From IMG/VR virus record IMGVR_UViG_3300045972_000140, positions 62,687 to 126,686 of that record: DNA of 64,000 nucleotides; one strand, written 5' to 3'. The notes below the pieces were generated by a model that saw only the letters and a program-made list of their open reading frames with translations, did not search any database and had not been told where the DNA came from. The translations under genes and the position numbers were made by a program. Below, in pieces: positions 28,901 through 38,959 of the stretch; positions within the stretch are counted from its first letter, which is position 1; every line of letters begins with the position of its first letter. Source of the stretch: a virus.

Positions 28901-29756
28901 GGCAGGTATTGATCCAAGTACACGAACAATACTATCTACTTATTTCTTTAATAAGTCTTTCTTAAAATCGGATACTTTACCCGGCCACGGGGTATATTAT
29001 GCACTCGAATACACAAGCACAGCCGACATAGGTACATATTATACCGGTACCATAATTACATCTGTTATAGACACATATCACTACGATAAAAATGGTAAGG
29101 TATTTACACAGAACACATCAATTAATACTGACAATCAATTACCGTTTTACTTTAAGTGGAGTCATTATTCCCCAATTGATCAACGAGTAGACCCTGCAGC
29201 AACAAATATCATCGATATGGTTGTTATTACTAACAGTTACAACACCGATATGATTAATTGGAAAAACAATAACGGTACATTGATTACAAAACCAACACCA
29301 CCAACTACTGAAGATTTAAGAATACAGTTCCAAAATCTAGATCAGTATAAAATGGTCAGCGATTCTATGATATGGAATTCAGGTGAATTTAAGATATTGT
29401 TTGGACCACAGGCCGTACCAGAATTACAAGCAACATTCAAAGTTGTTAAGGCACCTTCGTCTAGTATCAGCGATAACGAAGTAAAAACATTGGTAATACA
29501 ATCTATTGACTTGTTCTTCGATATTAGAAATTGGGATTTTGGTGAAAAGTTCTTCTACACAGAGTTGGCTGCGTTTATTCACCAGCAATTACAAGGCTAT
29601 ATTAGTTCTGTTGTCATTGTCCCAAATAACGCAACTTCGCAGTTTGGTGACTTATTTGAAATTGTTGCAGGTCCAACACAGTTGTTTATGTCAACAGCCA
29701 CAGTAAACAATGTTCAAATTATTGCCAATCTAACAACTCAAAATATGCGTATTTAA
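25938..29756 (+). CDS. gp6: Baseplate wedge protein (gp6-like), 1272 aa
   Basis: YDFDTLKQALINYIQ..YPEDFNDYIESSEF, ENFIDTATRRESIIRLA, FADGNFG, QSRMVNGSDYN. Confidence 0.9.
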   Translation: MSESIRQSNLFAAEDYQKVFKAYQFIDYTAYDFDTLKQALINYIQTYYPEDFNDYIESSEFIAIIELLAYFGTSLAFRTDLNSRENFIDTATRRESIIRLAQMVNYVPRRNIPASGLFKIAAVQTNQPLTDANGININDLTIYWNDPNNPDWFDQFVQICNASFSTLNPFGRPTKSGTIGSIPTDLYQLNNVLRQNVVYATSITVNGQSFPIDVCNPNFITNQSIFERAPNPLNPFNFIYRNDSLGVASNNTGFFLYFKQGNLINIDTNFEFPVPNRLFPITTQNINQDDVYVQETDQNGNVINQWLKVPALAGENIIYNSIQYGERNIFDVISGANDTVTIRFADGNFGNVPTGLFRSWVRVSANQDLVIRPTDAQGLQIIIPYIGNDQQQYNLTVYFNLETTSGNAAASETNDQIKLRAPEVFSTQSRMVNGSDYNVLPLVYGNQIAKISAIDRTYSGQSRYIDLNDPTGFHRDLIIFGQDGALYRDNADVLVQVSRDASNAGNINTILINSIQEMLRDTNVSKFFYDEYITQFEEKIRVNKQVPSDTGYSILDLNNPYQTPLIWRTSPAKFKNTTGYFSDVINGDTSTAQVLVNSLDPLNTASGTYQPWGMITSGSVLEFNVQSASVNSIIQNGLPLIANPLNPYADIGPVELGVDVQTNTAATKLYPEFRNELTTNEINEVIFRINDGISFWLYYDLLTNEWHTSTAATPGIADQSQQPWIYPVPTAGSIYSTWSNHPDSGLLYVTIASNNEIASTTYDLTARGRSYVFESYRDVRFYWEPNQIIIDNASGLALQDTIEVMPFVNTNSLVNNNDPVIPPAPVQPFLQSAVNFTISGVYTQDDGYQDESKVQVSLIDANNDGIPDDPAGFDKVVSEKDRIVFEYYTNEVSGYQSTRPWVANWGLELSTWTDKIYVYIPIYSGALQGSPYLTNTYQPDPLNPVATKIIYMNDTDLVFLPNSIIPGGKTQMEDIAIQLSAFFNDPTMAGIDPSTRTILSTYFFNKSFLKSDTLPGHGVYYALEYTSTADIGTYYTGTIITSVIDTYHYDKNGKVFTQNTSINTDNQLPFYFKWSHYSPIDQRVDPAATNIIDMVVITNSYNTDMINWKNNNGTLITKPTPPTTEDLRIQFQNLDQYKMVSDSMIWNSGEFKILFGPQAVPELQATFKVVKAPSSSISDNEVKTLVIQSIDLFFDIRNWDFGEKFFYTELAAFIHQQLQGYISSVVIVPNNATSQFGDLFEIVAGPTQLFMSTATVNNVQIIANLTTQNMRI

Positions 29757-29811
29757 TTTCCGTGATAAATACGAGAGTAGGTAATGTCCTACTCTTATTG
29801 CGGAAATCTAA

Positions 29812-32800
29812 ATGACACAGTATATTCAAAAGCTTCCTGCCGTTTTTCAGACGGTAACAGAGAAGAAATTCTTTGATGCAACATTCGACCAGGTGTTCTC
29901 TAAGAAAGATAGCGACCAGTTGCTTGGCTACTTGGGACGTAGAACACCCGGCTTATATAATCCTGTTACAGATTTCTATGTACCGGAGCCATCTAAAGAT
30001 CGCACTTGGTGGCAATTAGAAGCTACTGCGTTTTCAAGAAATGCAGATAGTACACGCTCGAATATATTTTTCTATGATGACTTATTAAACCGCATAAACT
30101 ATTATGGCGGTAATACATTAAATCAAGATAGATTATTTGAGTCAGAATATTATAGCTGGGCACCTCCAATTGATTATGATATGTTTACTAACTATCAAAA
30201 TTATTACTGGGTACCCGGTGGCCTTTCTGCAATTCAAATTACAGGCATGACAGATGCAGATATTGATGCTATTTTAGGTCAATATTCTTTCAACACAAAT
30301 CAGATACCGGGCGCCTTACCTGCTAATTTGCAATTTACCACTGGGTTAACTGTGCAGTTTGTTGGATCAGCAAAATATCCCGATAAACTTATTGTCGAGG
30401 TCATCGGTGGTACAACAGGTATTAGATTAGTACCGCCTTGGCCAGGATATACTCCGGGTACATTGTTTGAATTTTTGCCATGGGATGGTATAACAAATCT
30501 TGCGACCGGTCGCACAATACAAAATATATTTTGGGATTCTCAGACCTGGGACGTTGAGCCAGCACCGGGTAATAGTGATTATATTACTATTGAGCGTAGT
30601 TCACCTGACGAAAATGCGTGGTCTAGAACAAATAGCTGGTATCATATTGATGTAATTAATGAAACATTAAAATATACAGGATTACCATTTCCGTCCAATG
30701 CGTCGCGTGCATTGCGCCCTATTATTCAATTTACAGCAGATCTAATTTTATACAAATCTGGCACAACATTTAAGAGTGATATTGAATATGGATTTAGAGG
30801 TGATTTACAAAGTAATCCATTGTTACTATCGGCATACAACAACATATACACTAGAAATCAATTAGATTTGCTATTTGGAATACAATTGCAACAAGGACAA
30901 CTTGCTATTTTTATGCAAGATGTATCTGTTAATAATCAGCTACTTCAGGTCAACATAAATCCAAGTACCGACATAGTTACATTTGATAATGTAGGCTCTG
31001 TTGCTGTAGAACAAGACATTGTATTTGCGACGTTAGATTCGCCGTATAACGGCTTAAAACGCGGCCAAACATACTACTACAGTGCAGGGCAATGGGTAGA
31101 AGCAGTCAACGAAAAATACAAGGCAAATCAACCGCCTATTTTCCAATTATACGATCACAACGGTGTAGCATTAGACGATCCTGCAGTTTATCCAGAAAGC
31201 TCGTTTGCCGGTAGCAAGATATTTTCCTATCAGATTAATTCTACGCCTGGTGCAACAGTCGACCCTGTATTAAAATTCCCAATAGTTTACACAGGATTAG
31301 GCCAATCTACTGATATTATGTTTGAAAATAATTTAGTAACAGACAGATACAAATTCAATCCAGATGGCAAAGATATTAATGGTTATTACTACTATAAGTC
31401 GTACGGTTCTGAATTAATATACAATGCTTGGAATTTATATAATTCAAACTCAATAAATACGCCTAGTTCAATTAATAGTGTTAGTAAACAGCGTGTCATT
31501 GATAAATTTGTAGTCGGCTATGGTGTTGAATATCAGTTTGCATTAAGTGTAACGCCCAATGATTGGTCATCATATAGCCCGGATATTATTGTAACTGTTA
31601 ACGATGTTGAGGTTAAACTAGGTGGCGAAGCTAATCCATCGGGTTACTCATTAGCACTTATAAACAATACGCCATATGTTATATTACAGCGATATTTAAC
31701 AGAATTAATGTTAACACCGCAAACAGTAGCACCTGTTGTGCAAGTAGATTCATATATATCGGGTTATTTAGATCCTAATAATCTTGGCCTCTTAAATCCT
31801 GCCAAGCCCGGCTATTTTGAGATTCCGCAGCAACTAGAAGCTAACCCAACTCAACAAGAAGTTACAACAATTAGCGGTAGTGACTTAATTAATCAGTTTA
31901 CATCGATTATTGCTAATCAAGATAGCATAACCGGTAGAGCATTTGGCGGCCCAAATAATTATAGAGATACATTTAAAAATAATACATTAGGTTCTTTTAT
32001 CTTACAGAATGTAGCGCCTGCACTCAAGACAATGCTAATATCGTCCGGCGATGATGTTGACTTTATCACTGGTGTTCGCTTTAGTCAAGACGAATACACT
32101 AAGTTTAAGAACAAATATTTAAAGGTTGCACAGCAACTTATTAACCAAGAATTTAGTCCAGTACAATATCATAACAATACAATTGTAATTAATGCATGGG
32201 TTGATGAAATCATTAAGGTTGTTAATATATCGAAAGAGTTTTCTAATGCATTTGCATACTCTTATATGATTGCCAATGGTACGCCGTATTTAACAGAAAC
32301 AGCTACAGTACCTGCAGGTGGCATAGTTACCTTAACAAATTATATAGACATTACTGCTGATACAAATGCATTGTATATTTACGATACCACACAGAATCAG
32401 CGTTTGCTAATACTGGGCGTAGATTATATTGTTACATCAACTACAAATCCTATTTCGGTAGAAATTATTAATCCAGATATAATCGGTGATGATATTTATA
32501 TTGCGTTATATAAGAATCCGTTACCGGCGTATATCCCATCTACACCTACAAAGGTAGGCGCGTATAATGCATCTGTACCTAGAATAGAATTAGACGAATC
32601 TTACTCTATACCTACATTTGTTATTATAGGCCACGATGGATCCAAGACTATTACTTACGGCGATTATAGAGATCAACTGTTATTAGAATTAGAAATACGA
32701 ATTTATAATTTGTTGCAGGCACGTTTCCGCGAAGAATACAAATTACCTCTAAGATTAGAAAATGTAAAACCCGGATACTATAGAGCAACACGGTACTCTA

Positions 32801-35800
32801 GAAAAGAGTATCTAAATATAACCGAATCTTATCTTAACAAATGGTCTGCAAAAAACAGAGCTAACTATCGTCACAACGACTGGAATACAGCAAGTGCAGA
32901 TCTAATTGCAGCGTACCCAACTACTTGGCAAGATAGAATTTGGATGCTGTATAACTACTCATTGGCAGTAGCCACCGTTGGTGGTGAAGGTGGTCAGCAC
33001 CTTAATTTACCAGGTAACTGGAAAGGTATTTTCCAATATTACTACGACACTATATATCCTAATACTCGTCCGTGGGAGATGTTAGGATTTTCTGCTATGC
33101 CGTCGTGGTGGATAAGCGAGTATGGCGCGCCTATGTTAAATTCTTCGGGGGAATTAGCATGGGCAGTTGATTACGGCAACGCACAGTATATGCAGATGTG
33201 GACAGATTTGTCTGAAGGCATTATTAGGCACGGTCCGTCTGCTATATTTGATCCTATAACAAATATTGCACAGCCGCAGCCAATGTGGGCACGTTCGGGA
33301 TTATTAGATTATAGTCCGGTAGATAGCATGGGTAATATAATTCCGGTACCGCAGATATTTAATATCACTATGTCTGGTAATCCAGACGCACCGTTCGAAG
33401 GATACAATTATGACTGGGTATATGGAGATGGTGCACCAGTTGAACAGGCGTGGATGTCTACGTCTGGTTATGCATTTAGTGTACAAGAATTTTTATACTT
33501 AATGAATCCAGGCAAGTTTGGCGAATTATTATTTGATACCGTTGGTACAGATATATCTGCAGGTAAAATATATCCTTCTGATCCATATTCTCCAATTTCT
33601 GACTTTAATTGGCAATATGTACAGAACGATACATACACTAGTTCTGATCCGCTATTTGCTTGGATGCGTCCTAAGAATAGTACACAGATAGTACACGCCG
33701 AAACCGTTGATACAGTTGTACAAATCAGATTTGGTTACCAGCGTTGGATTAGTGATAGGATATTATTCTTAGGTAAAGATGTAGGTACTACATTTGGTCA
33801 GAAAGTAAGAACACTAGATGTTAACCTTGCAAATAAACTTGCAGGTTTCACTAATAAAGATACAACAACTACATATATCGAGGGTGTATCTACATCTGCA
33901 ACAACCAACAGTTTATTAATACCTACTAATAACTTCGAAGTAGCACTACATAAAGGTCAGCCAATAAGGACATATTCTTATAGTGGTGTTATCATACGTG
34001 CGCTAGATAATGGTACATTTGCTGTTTACGGCTATGATTTATTAAATTCTGTATTCACAGTATTAAATAGATCTAACGCACAAATGATGGATATTACTGT
34101 TGGCGGTACTCCCGCTGATTATAAAACATATACAAAGGGCGAAACATACAACGCTGGCGATATTATACGATACAACGGTATCTATTATATGAGTATTGGT
34201 ACAATCGTTGCCGGTAAGTTTAACACATCGAACTGGGAAAAATTAAAAGTATTACCTGTCACGGGAGGTGTGTCTGTAGTTTATAAACCAATATCCGAAG
34301 TAACTTCGTATACCGTGCCTTATGGGTCTATATTAACATCAGCACAAGCTGTATTTGATTTACTTATTGGTTGGGGCGCATACCTAGAAACACAAGGTTG
34401 GCAATTTACTGAAGTAAGCTCAGATACAAATCAAATAAGCGATTGGTTGTACTGCGCTAAACAGTTCTTATTCTGGTTAAATTCGAGTTGGGCGCCCGAT
34501 GCATCTATACAGTTAAGTCCTGCAGCAAACAAGGCAATACTTACCGTAAAAGGTGGATACCCGGACGACATAGAAGCAATATCAAACGGCGTGTACAGTA
34601 TATTAGACAAGTACGGTGTCGCTATGCCACCTACAAGTACCTTTGTTGATAGAACGGGTTTAAATGTAACAGTATCTCCTGCAGACTTATCTTCTGGTGG
34701 TATATATTTCGTGCAAGTACATACATCGGAAACAGAACACGTTCTTATATTCGATAACACAACAAGTTTCAATGATGTTGTTTATAATCCATTATTACGT
34801 GCAAGACAACAACGTATTAGATTTAATGGCTTCAGGAGCAACGGCTGGTACGGTAAACAAGAGGCACCTGGCTACTTAGTAATTGGAAATCAATTAGTAC
34901 CAAACTACGATACTATTGTTGATGCAATGAGATATTACTACGATCCAGATGTAACAATCGATAATCATAGTTTAGAAGACTTAGGTCGACACCTTATTGG
35001 ATACGAAAGCAAGAGTTACTTAGATAATTTACAAGTATCTAACGATGTGCAGTATCTATTCTACCAAGGTGCAATTAGGCAAAAAGGTACAGTACAGGCA
35101 TTTGATAAATTGTTTAGATCTACAAAGGTACAAGGCAATGAAATTATTGAGTTGTACGAAGAATGGGCATTAAAACTTGCCGACTTCGGTAACACAATAG
35201 AGCAGGTATCTACTGAATTTATTCTTAAGCCCGAACAAAATACTGGCGAAGTTATTGTTGCACGTATGAACTTTATACCTTCGCATATTGGTTTTGTAAA
35301 AGAAATTAACATATTAAATACACAGAACAAATATACAACAGTACCTAAGGTTGTAATATCATTACCCGATGCTGATCCAACTGATCCTAATTTAACACAA
35401 GCATTGCGTCCTGCTAAGGCATATGCTGTGCTAGATTCAAATGGCGTTATAGCACGCATTGATATGACAGATGGCGGCTACGGATATTTGTCGGCACCAG
35501 GTGTTATATTAAACGCAGGTTCCCAGATTTGCAACTTAGATGAATTCTATGCGGTATGGCAAGGCGAAATTAAGCAAGATGCTACATTAGATAATATTGT
35601 TGATATCGACATCGACGATACAGAAAAATGGATTGTTAGACCAGCCAATCCTACATATTCTTTAGAATTCCCAACAACCAATGTGATAGATTATTCTATC
35701 CCTAATGCAGGGTATGTAAATTACAAAGATGTAAATTGGACAACATTTAACGCTACACAGGCAACGGCAGCGTGGGGATTACCTGCGCTAAATCCTAAAG

Positions 35801-38790
35801 CGAATGAAACAGTCTGGGTTGCAAATACATTTACGCAAGATTGGTGTGTTTATAAGTTGCACAGTGATACAACCTCCTGGCAAGTTACGCAGGATGCAAG
35901 TGGAAATTTATCATTGCTAATTTTAATATCTGCTGGAAAGTTTGTGCCACAGGGATCTAGCGTAATTGGTATACAGACAGATTTTGGAAATTTAATTACA
36001 TTGCAATTAAATTCTACGTCGGTATTAGTTCCATCTGAAAATCACCTTGTTGGTGTTACAGCAGCGCCAGGTGCTAGTCCAACCGATCCGTGGGGACAAC
36101 CTGCAGACGATGCACACCTAGACGAGTTTGGAGTGCTTGTACCGGCAACACATTATGTCTACTCATTAGTAGATTTAGCCGGTACGCCTATTACCGCAAA
36201 CGAGTTAGGTAGCTATGCCGAGTTAACAGATATGTTATTGTTTAAAACAATGCGTTTCTTAACAACACCTGCTATACCATCGTATGTAACAAGTGGCGAT
36301 AAGGTGTGGGTCGACAATGTTAATAATCTTTGGACAGTATTTAAATATACAACATCTTTAACACCATATCGTGTACAAGAGCAATTAATAAATACACATC
36401 TATTTGAAAATGCACAAGTATTCAACGCCAAGACTCAAACAGAGCTTGTATTGTTGCCTGTATATGATCCATTTAAAGATATATTACCGGCACCTGCAAA
36501 ACAAAACTTAACATATATGCTTGAGCAAGATCCTGCACGTTATAACGTAACAGGTAACACACGATTGTTCACAGAAAATATTACATTTGGTAATGCACAA
36601 GTAGGTAAGTTATGGTGGGATTTATCTACAGTACGTTATGCGTACTATGAGCAGCCAAAAGCTATAGATGAAACTGTTACAGAAAATCTTGTATATCGTA
36701 GAGATCGTTGGGGTCAGGCGTTTACAGGAAGCTTGTTTAATATTTACGAATGGACAAAGAGTCCAGTGCCGCCAGCACAATATACAGGTACGGGTATTCC
36801 TAAAGATGTTACAACTTATGTTCAAATTGCAACATCTAATAGATTTACAAACATAACGGAGATTAATTATTATTTCTGGGTGTTAAATCCAACAACAAAA
36901 CCTAATATCGAGAATAGAACACTTGCTGCACTTGACGTATCGAGATTGCTTGCTAATCCTAAGAGTTTAGGTTTTGCATTCTTTAATCCTATACAACAGA
37001 CTGCAATTAATAACTCTTACATATTCTATAATGTGCAAGAAATACTCGCATACCAAGGCGATAATGTTCAGATACAATATCGTGTTGCAGAAAGAAATGA
37101 TCAGAAACATACACAATGGAAATTCTTCCGCGAAGGCGATAGAAACTCTATAGTAACTAATCAATACTGGGATAAGATGGTCGATAGTCTTGCCGGCTAT
37201 ACGAAACTACTGCCAGTATCATCTGAATGGAATAACAGCAATGGATTTGTTATTGGAAAAGATTTACCGTGGGATATTTACGGATGGGATGTTTCACCGT
37301 ACGACGATGCAACAGATGACCTACACGAAGTATACGGCGAAGTATTACCTGTGCCAGATCCATCATTAAGTTCTGCAGAAATGTACGGTATAGATTACAG
37401 ACCACGTCAGGGTATGTTTACTAATTTGCAAGCAGCAAGAAAAATATTTGTTCAATCTGCTAATAATTTATTGAAGCATATTCCTATACGCGAAAGTAAT
37501 CCCTTCTGGTTAAATGGTGCCACAACAGACGCATATCAGGGTGTGTATTGGGATTATGCAGATTGGTACGAAATAGGGTTTGAAGATTCGGTACCTACTT
37601 TAGTATTCCCAACCTTAACTGATGCGCAGGCTGCATTGACTGCTGGCACTCTTCCAGTAAGTACAATTATTGAAGTTGTTAATGGTACGGCAGACGGAAG
37701 ATTTATTATGTACAAGGTAGTGCAGACCAACCCTAATGTTGCTGCATTAAGCTTTGAAACTATTGCTATAGAAAATAGTGCTGTAACCCTTCTTAATTCA
37801 ATTTACACTCAATCTAATGTATTAGAGTTATCATTTGAAATAAGAAGTCTGTTGACTGCATTCCGCACAGAAGTAATGATTAATAATTATTTTGTAGATC
37901 AAAACGAGTTATATTTCTCTATGCTTAACTTTGTTGTTAGTGAGCAGAAAAATCCAGATTGGTTATTTAAATCATCTTACATTTATGTCAAGGAAAATAA
38001 TGTACCTCTAGACCAGCCTGCTCTGTATATACCAGATCAAATCGATAATATCTTAAGCTATATTACTGATTCTAAACCATATCACACACAGGTCAGAGAT
38101 TATACAAGTGTACATACTACATCTGATATTGCAACAGGTGTACCAACACAAAAGTTTACTATTAATGTAAGCACTTTATTACCTGTGGTGTTAGAAGATA
38201 ATACATTAGATCCTGCTAATCCAATACCCGTACCGTTGCCTAATGGTGGTGCCGATGCACAATGCCTTGCAGATATTAACGCTGCAATTGCTGCCGTAGG
38301 AACAAACACTGCAAATAGGATTATATACGGCGAAGGCCATTGGGATGCAAATTGTGATGATCCAGCAATAGATCTTCCGTGGGATTCTAACACAATTGGC
38401 GAAATTGGCCACTGGGATGTTGGTACAATATCGTACTTAACAGTTGATGCAAACTATCAGGAAAATATAGATAGTGTAGGAAGCATAACATTGCTATGCA
38501 ATGGAGATCCTACGTTACCATTGACAAATAGTGGAGACCCGTTACCGAACACAGATGTATGGAATGCAATTGATCCGTTACCGGACACTAGCAGCGGAGG
38601 TACTGTACCGTCGGCGTTGTTTGGCGCCAGCAAATTTGGTACATTCCAATTCAATGAGTCCGACGAGTACTACACACGTATATTAGAGGCATCATTTGGA
38701 GGCATATGGTATACAAATCTAGGCGTAGCACCAATTGGTCAAGTTGCGCAATATTTACGAGAAAACTTTAAGATTATAGAATCTTTATAA
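29812..38790 (+). CDS. Giant baseplate wedge / structural protein (gp7-like), 2992 aa
   Basis: Follows gp6; N-terminal LPAVFQT..KKFFDATFDQ; YQGAIRQKGT..AFDKL; C-terminal KPYHTQVRDY. GATAAATA at 29764-29771. Confidence 0.7.
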   Translation: MTQYIQKLPAVFQTVTEKKFFDATFDQVFSKKDSDQLLGYLGRRTPGLYNPVTDFYVPEPSKDRTWWQLEATAFSRNADSTRSNIFFYDDLLNRINYYGGNTLNQDRLFESEYYSWAPPIDYDMFTNYQNYYWVPGGLSAIQITGMTDADIDAILGQYSFNTNQIPGALPANLQFTTGLTVQFVGSAKYPDKLIVEVIGGTTGIRLVPPWPGYTPGTLFEFLPWDGITNLATGRTIQNIFWDSQTWDVEPAPGNSDYITIERSSPDENAWSRTNSWYHIDVINETLKYTGLPFPSNASRALRPIIQFTADLILYKSGTTFKSDIEYGFRGDLQSNPLLLSAYNNIYTRNQLDLLFGIQLQQGQLAIFMQDVSVNNQLLQVNINPSTDIVTFDNVGSVAVEQDIVFATLDSPYNGLKRGQTYYYSAGQWVEAVNEKYKANQPPIFQLYDHNGVALDDPAVYPESSFAGSKIFSYQINSTPGATVDPVLKFPIVYTGLGQSTDIMFENNLVTDRYKFNPDGKDINGYYYYKSYGSELIYNAWNLYNSNSINTPSSINSVSKQRVIDKFVVGYGVEYQFALSVTPNDWSSYSPDIIVTVNDVEVKLGGEANPSGYSLALINNTPYVILQRYLTELMLTPQTVAPVVQVDSYISGYLDPNNLGLLNPAKPGYFEIPQQLEANPTQQEVTTISGSDLINQFTSIIANQDSITGRAFGGPNNYRDTFKNNTLGSFILQNVAPALKTMLISSGDDVDFITGVRFSQDEYTKFKNKYLKVAQQLINQEFSPVQYHNNTIVINAWVDEIIKVVNISKEFSNAFAYSYMIANGTPYLTETATVPAGGIVTLTNYIDITADTNALYIYDTTQNQRLLILGVDYIVTSTTNPISVEIINPDIIGDDIYIALYKNPLPAYIPSTPTKVGAYNASVPRIELDESYSIPTFVIIGHDGSKTITYGDYRDQLLLELEIRIYNLLQARFREEYKLPLRLENVKPGYYRATRYSRKEYLNITESYLNKWSAKNRANYRHNDWNTASADLIAAYPTTWQDRIWMLYNYSLAVATVGGEGGQHLNLPGNWKGIFQYYYDTIYPNTRPWEMLGFSAMPSWWISEYGAPMLNSSGELAWAVDYGNAQYMQMWTDLSEGIIRHGPSAIFDPITNIAQPQPMWARSGLLDYSPVDSMGNIIPVPQIFNITMSGNPDAPFEGYNYDWVYGDGAPVEQAWMSTSGYAFSVQEFLYLMNPGKFGELLFDTVGTDISAGKIYPSDPYSPISDFNWQYVQNDTYTSSDPLFAWMRPKNSTQIVHAETVDTVVQIRFGYQRWISDRILFLGKDVGTTFGQKVRTLDVNLANKLAGFTNKDTTTTYIEGVSTSATTNSLLIPTNNFEVALHKGQPIRTYSYSGVIIRALDNGTFAVYGYDLLNSVFTVLNRSNAQMMDITVGGTPADYKTYTKGETYNAGDIIRYNGIYYMSIGTIVAGKFNTSNWEKLKVLPVTGGVSVVYKPISEVTSYTVPYGSILTSAQAVFDLLIGWGAYLETQGWQFTEVSSDTNQISDWLYCAKQFLFWLNSSWAPDASIQLSPAANKAILTVKGGYPDDIEAISNGVYSILDKYGVAMPPTSTFVDRTGLNVTVSPADLSSGGIYFVQVHTSETEHVLIFDNTTSFNDVVYNPLLRARQQRIRFNGFRSNGWYGKQEAPGYLVIGNQLVPNYDTIVDAMRYYYDPDVTIDNHSLEDLGRHLIGYESKSYLDNLQVSNDVQYLFYQGAIRQKGTVQAFDKLFRSTKVQGNEIIELYEEWALKLADFGNTIEQVSTEFILKPEQNTGEVIVARMNFIPSHIGFVKEINILNTQNKYTTVPKVVISLPDADPTDPNLTQALRPAKAYAVLDSNGVIARIDMTDGGYGYLSAPGVILNAGSQICNLDEFYAVWQGEIKQDATLDNIVDIDIDDTEKWIVRPANPTYSLEFPTTNVIDYSIPNAGYVNYKDVNWTTFNATQATAAWGLPALNPKANETVWVANTFTQDWCVYKLHSDTTSWQVTQDASGNLSLLILISAGKFVPQGSSVIGIQTDFGNLITLQLNSTSVLVPSENHLVGVTAAPGASPTDPWGQPADDAHLDEFGVLVPATHYVYSLVDLAGTPITANELGSYAELTDMLLFKTMRFLTTPAIPSYVTSGDKVWVDNVNNLWTVFKYTTSLTPYRVQEQLINTHLFENAQVFNAKTQTELVLLPVYDPFKDILPAPAKQNLTYMLEQDPARYNVTGNTRLFTENITFGNAQVGKLWWDLSTVRYAYYEQPKAIDETVTENLVYRRDRWGQAFTGSLFNIYEWTKSPVPPAQYTGTGIPKDVTTYVQIATSNRFTNITEINYYFWVLNPTTKPNIENRTLAALDVSRLLANPKSLGFAFFNPIQQTAINNSYIFYNVQEILAYQGDNVQIQYRVAERNDQKHTQWKFFREGDRNSIVTNQYWDKMVDSLAGYTKLLPVSSEWNNSNGFVIGKDLPWDIYGWDVSPYDDATDDLHEVYGEVLPVPDPSLSSAEMYGIDYRPRQGMFTNLQAARKIFVQSANNLLKHIPIRESNPFWLNGATTDAYQGVYWDYADWYEIGFEDSVPTLVFPTLTDAQAALTAGTLPVSTIIEVVNGTADGRFIMYKVVQTNPNVAALSFETIAIENSAVTLLNSIYTQSNVLELSFEIRSLLTAFRTEVMINNYFVDQNELYFSMLNFVVSEQKNPDWLFKSSYIYVKENNVPLDQPALYIPDQIDNILSYITDSKPYHTQVRDYTSVHTTSDIATGVPTQKFTINVSTLLPVVLEDNTLDPANPIPVPLPNGGADAQCLADINAAIAAVGTNTANRIIYGEGHWDANCDDPAIDLPWDSNTIGEIGHWDVGTISYLTVDANYQENIDSVGSITLLCNGDPTLPLTNSGDPLPNTDVWNAIDPLPDTSSGGTVPSALFGASKFGTFQFNESDEYYTRILEASFGGIWYTNLGVAPIGQVAQYLRENFKIIESL

Positions 38791-38808
38791 ACTGGGCATT
38801 TAATTCTT

Positions 38809-38958
38809 ATGATAAATAAAGAAAACGCAAATAAACCGTTACCAACAGTACCTACTAAGGAGAGTGGGTATGTTGATACAGCAAAGATTGCTGTGTACGG
38901 GCATATTTTAATAAAAGATAAAGATACAGGTGAAATACTTGTAAACAAAAGGGCATAG
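38809..38958 (+). CDS. 49-aa protein missed by the ORF track, paralogous to the N-terminus of the next gene
   Basis: MINKENANKPLPTVPTKESGYVDTAKIAVYGHILIKDKDTGEILVNKRA*, compared with IQGFVKIIDKDTGEVLVDTHN in 38960..39718. Confidence 0.7.
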   Translation: MINKENANKPLPTVPTKESGYVDTAKIAVYGHILIKDKDTGEILVNKRA

Positions 38959-38959
38959 G

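Noticed and set aside
29812-38790. Intein or intron explaining the size of the 2992-aa protein
   Set aside because: No C/S...HN-C/S/T splice junction or LAGLIDADG motif was recognised by eye.
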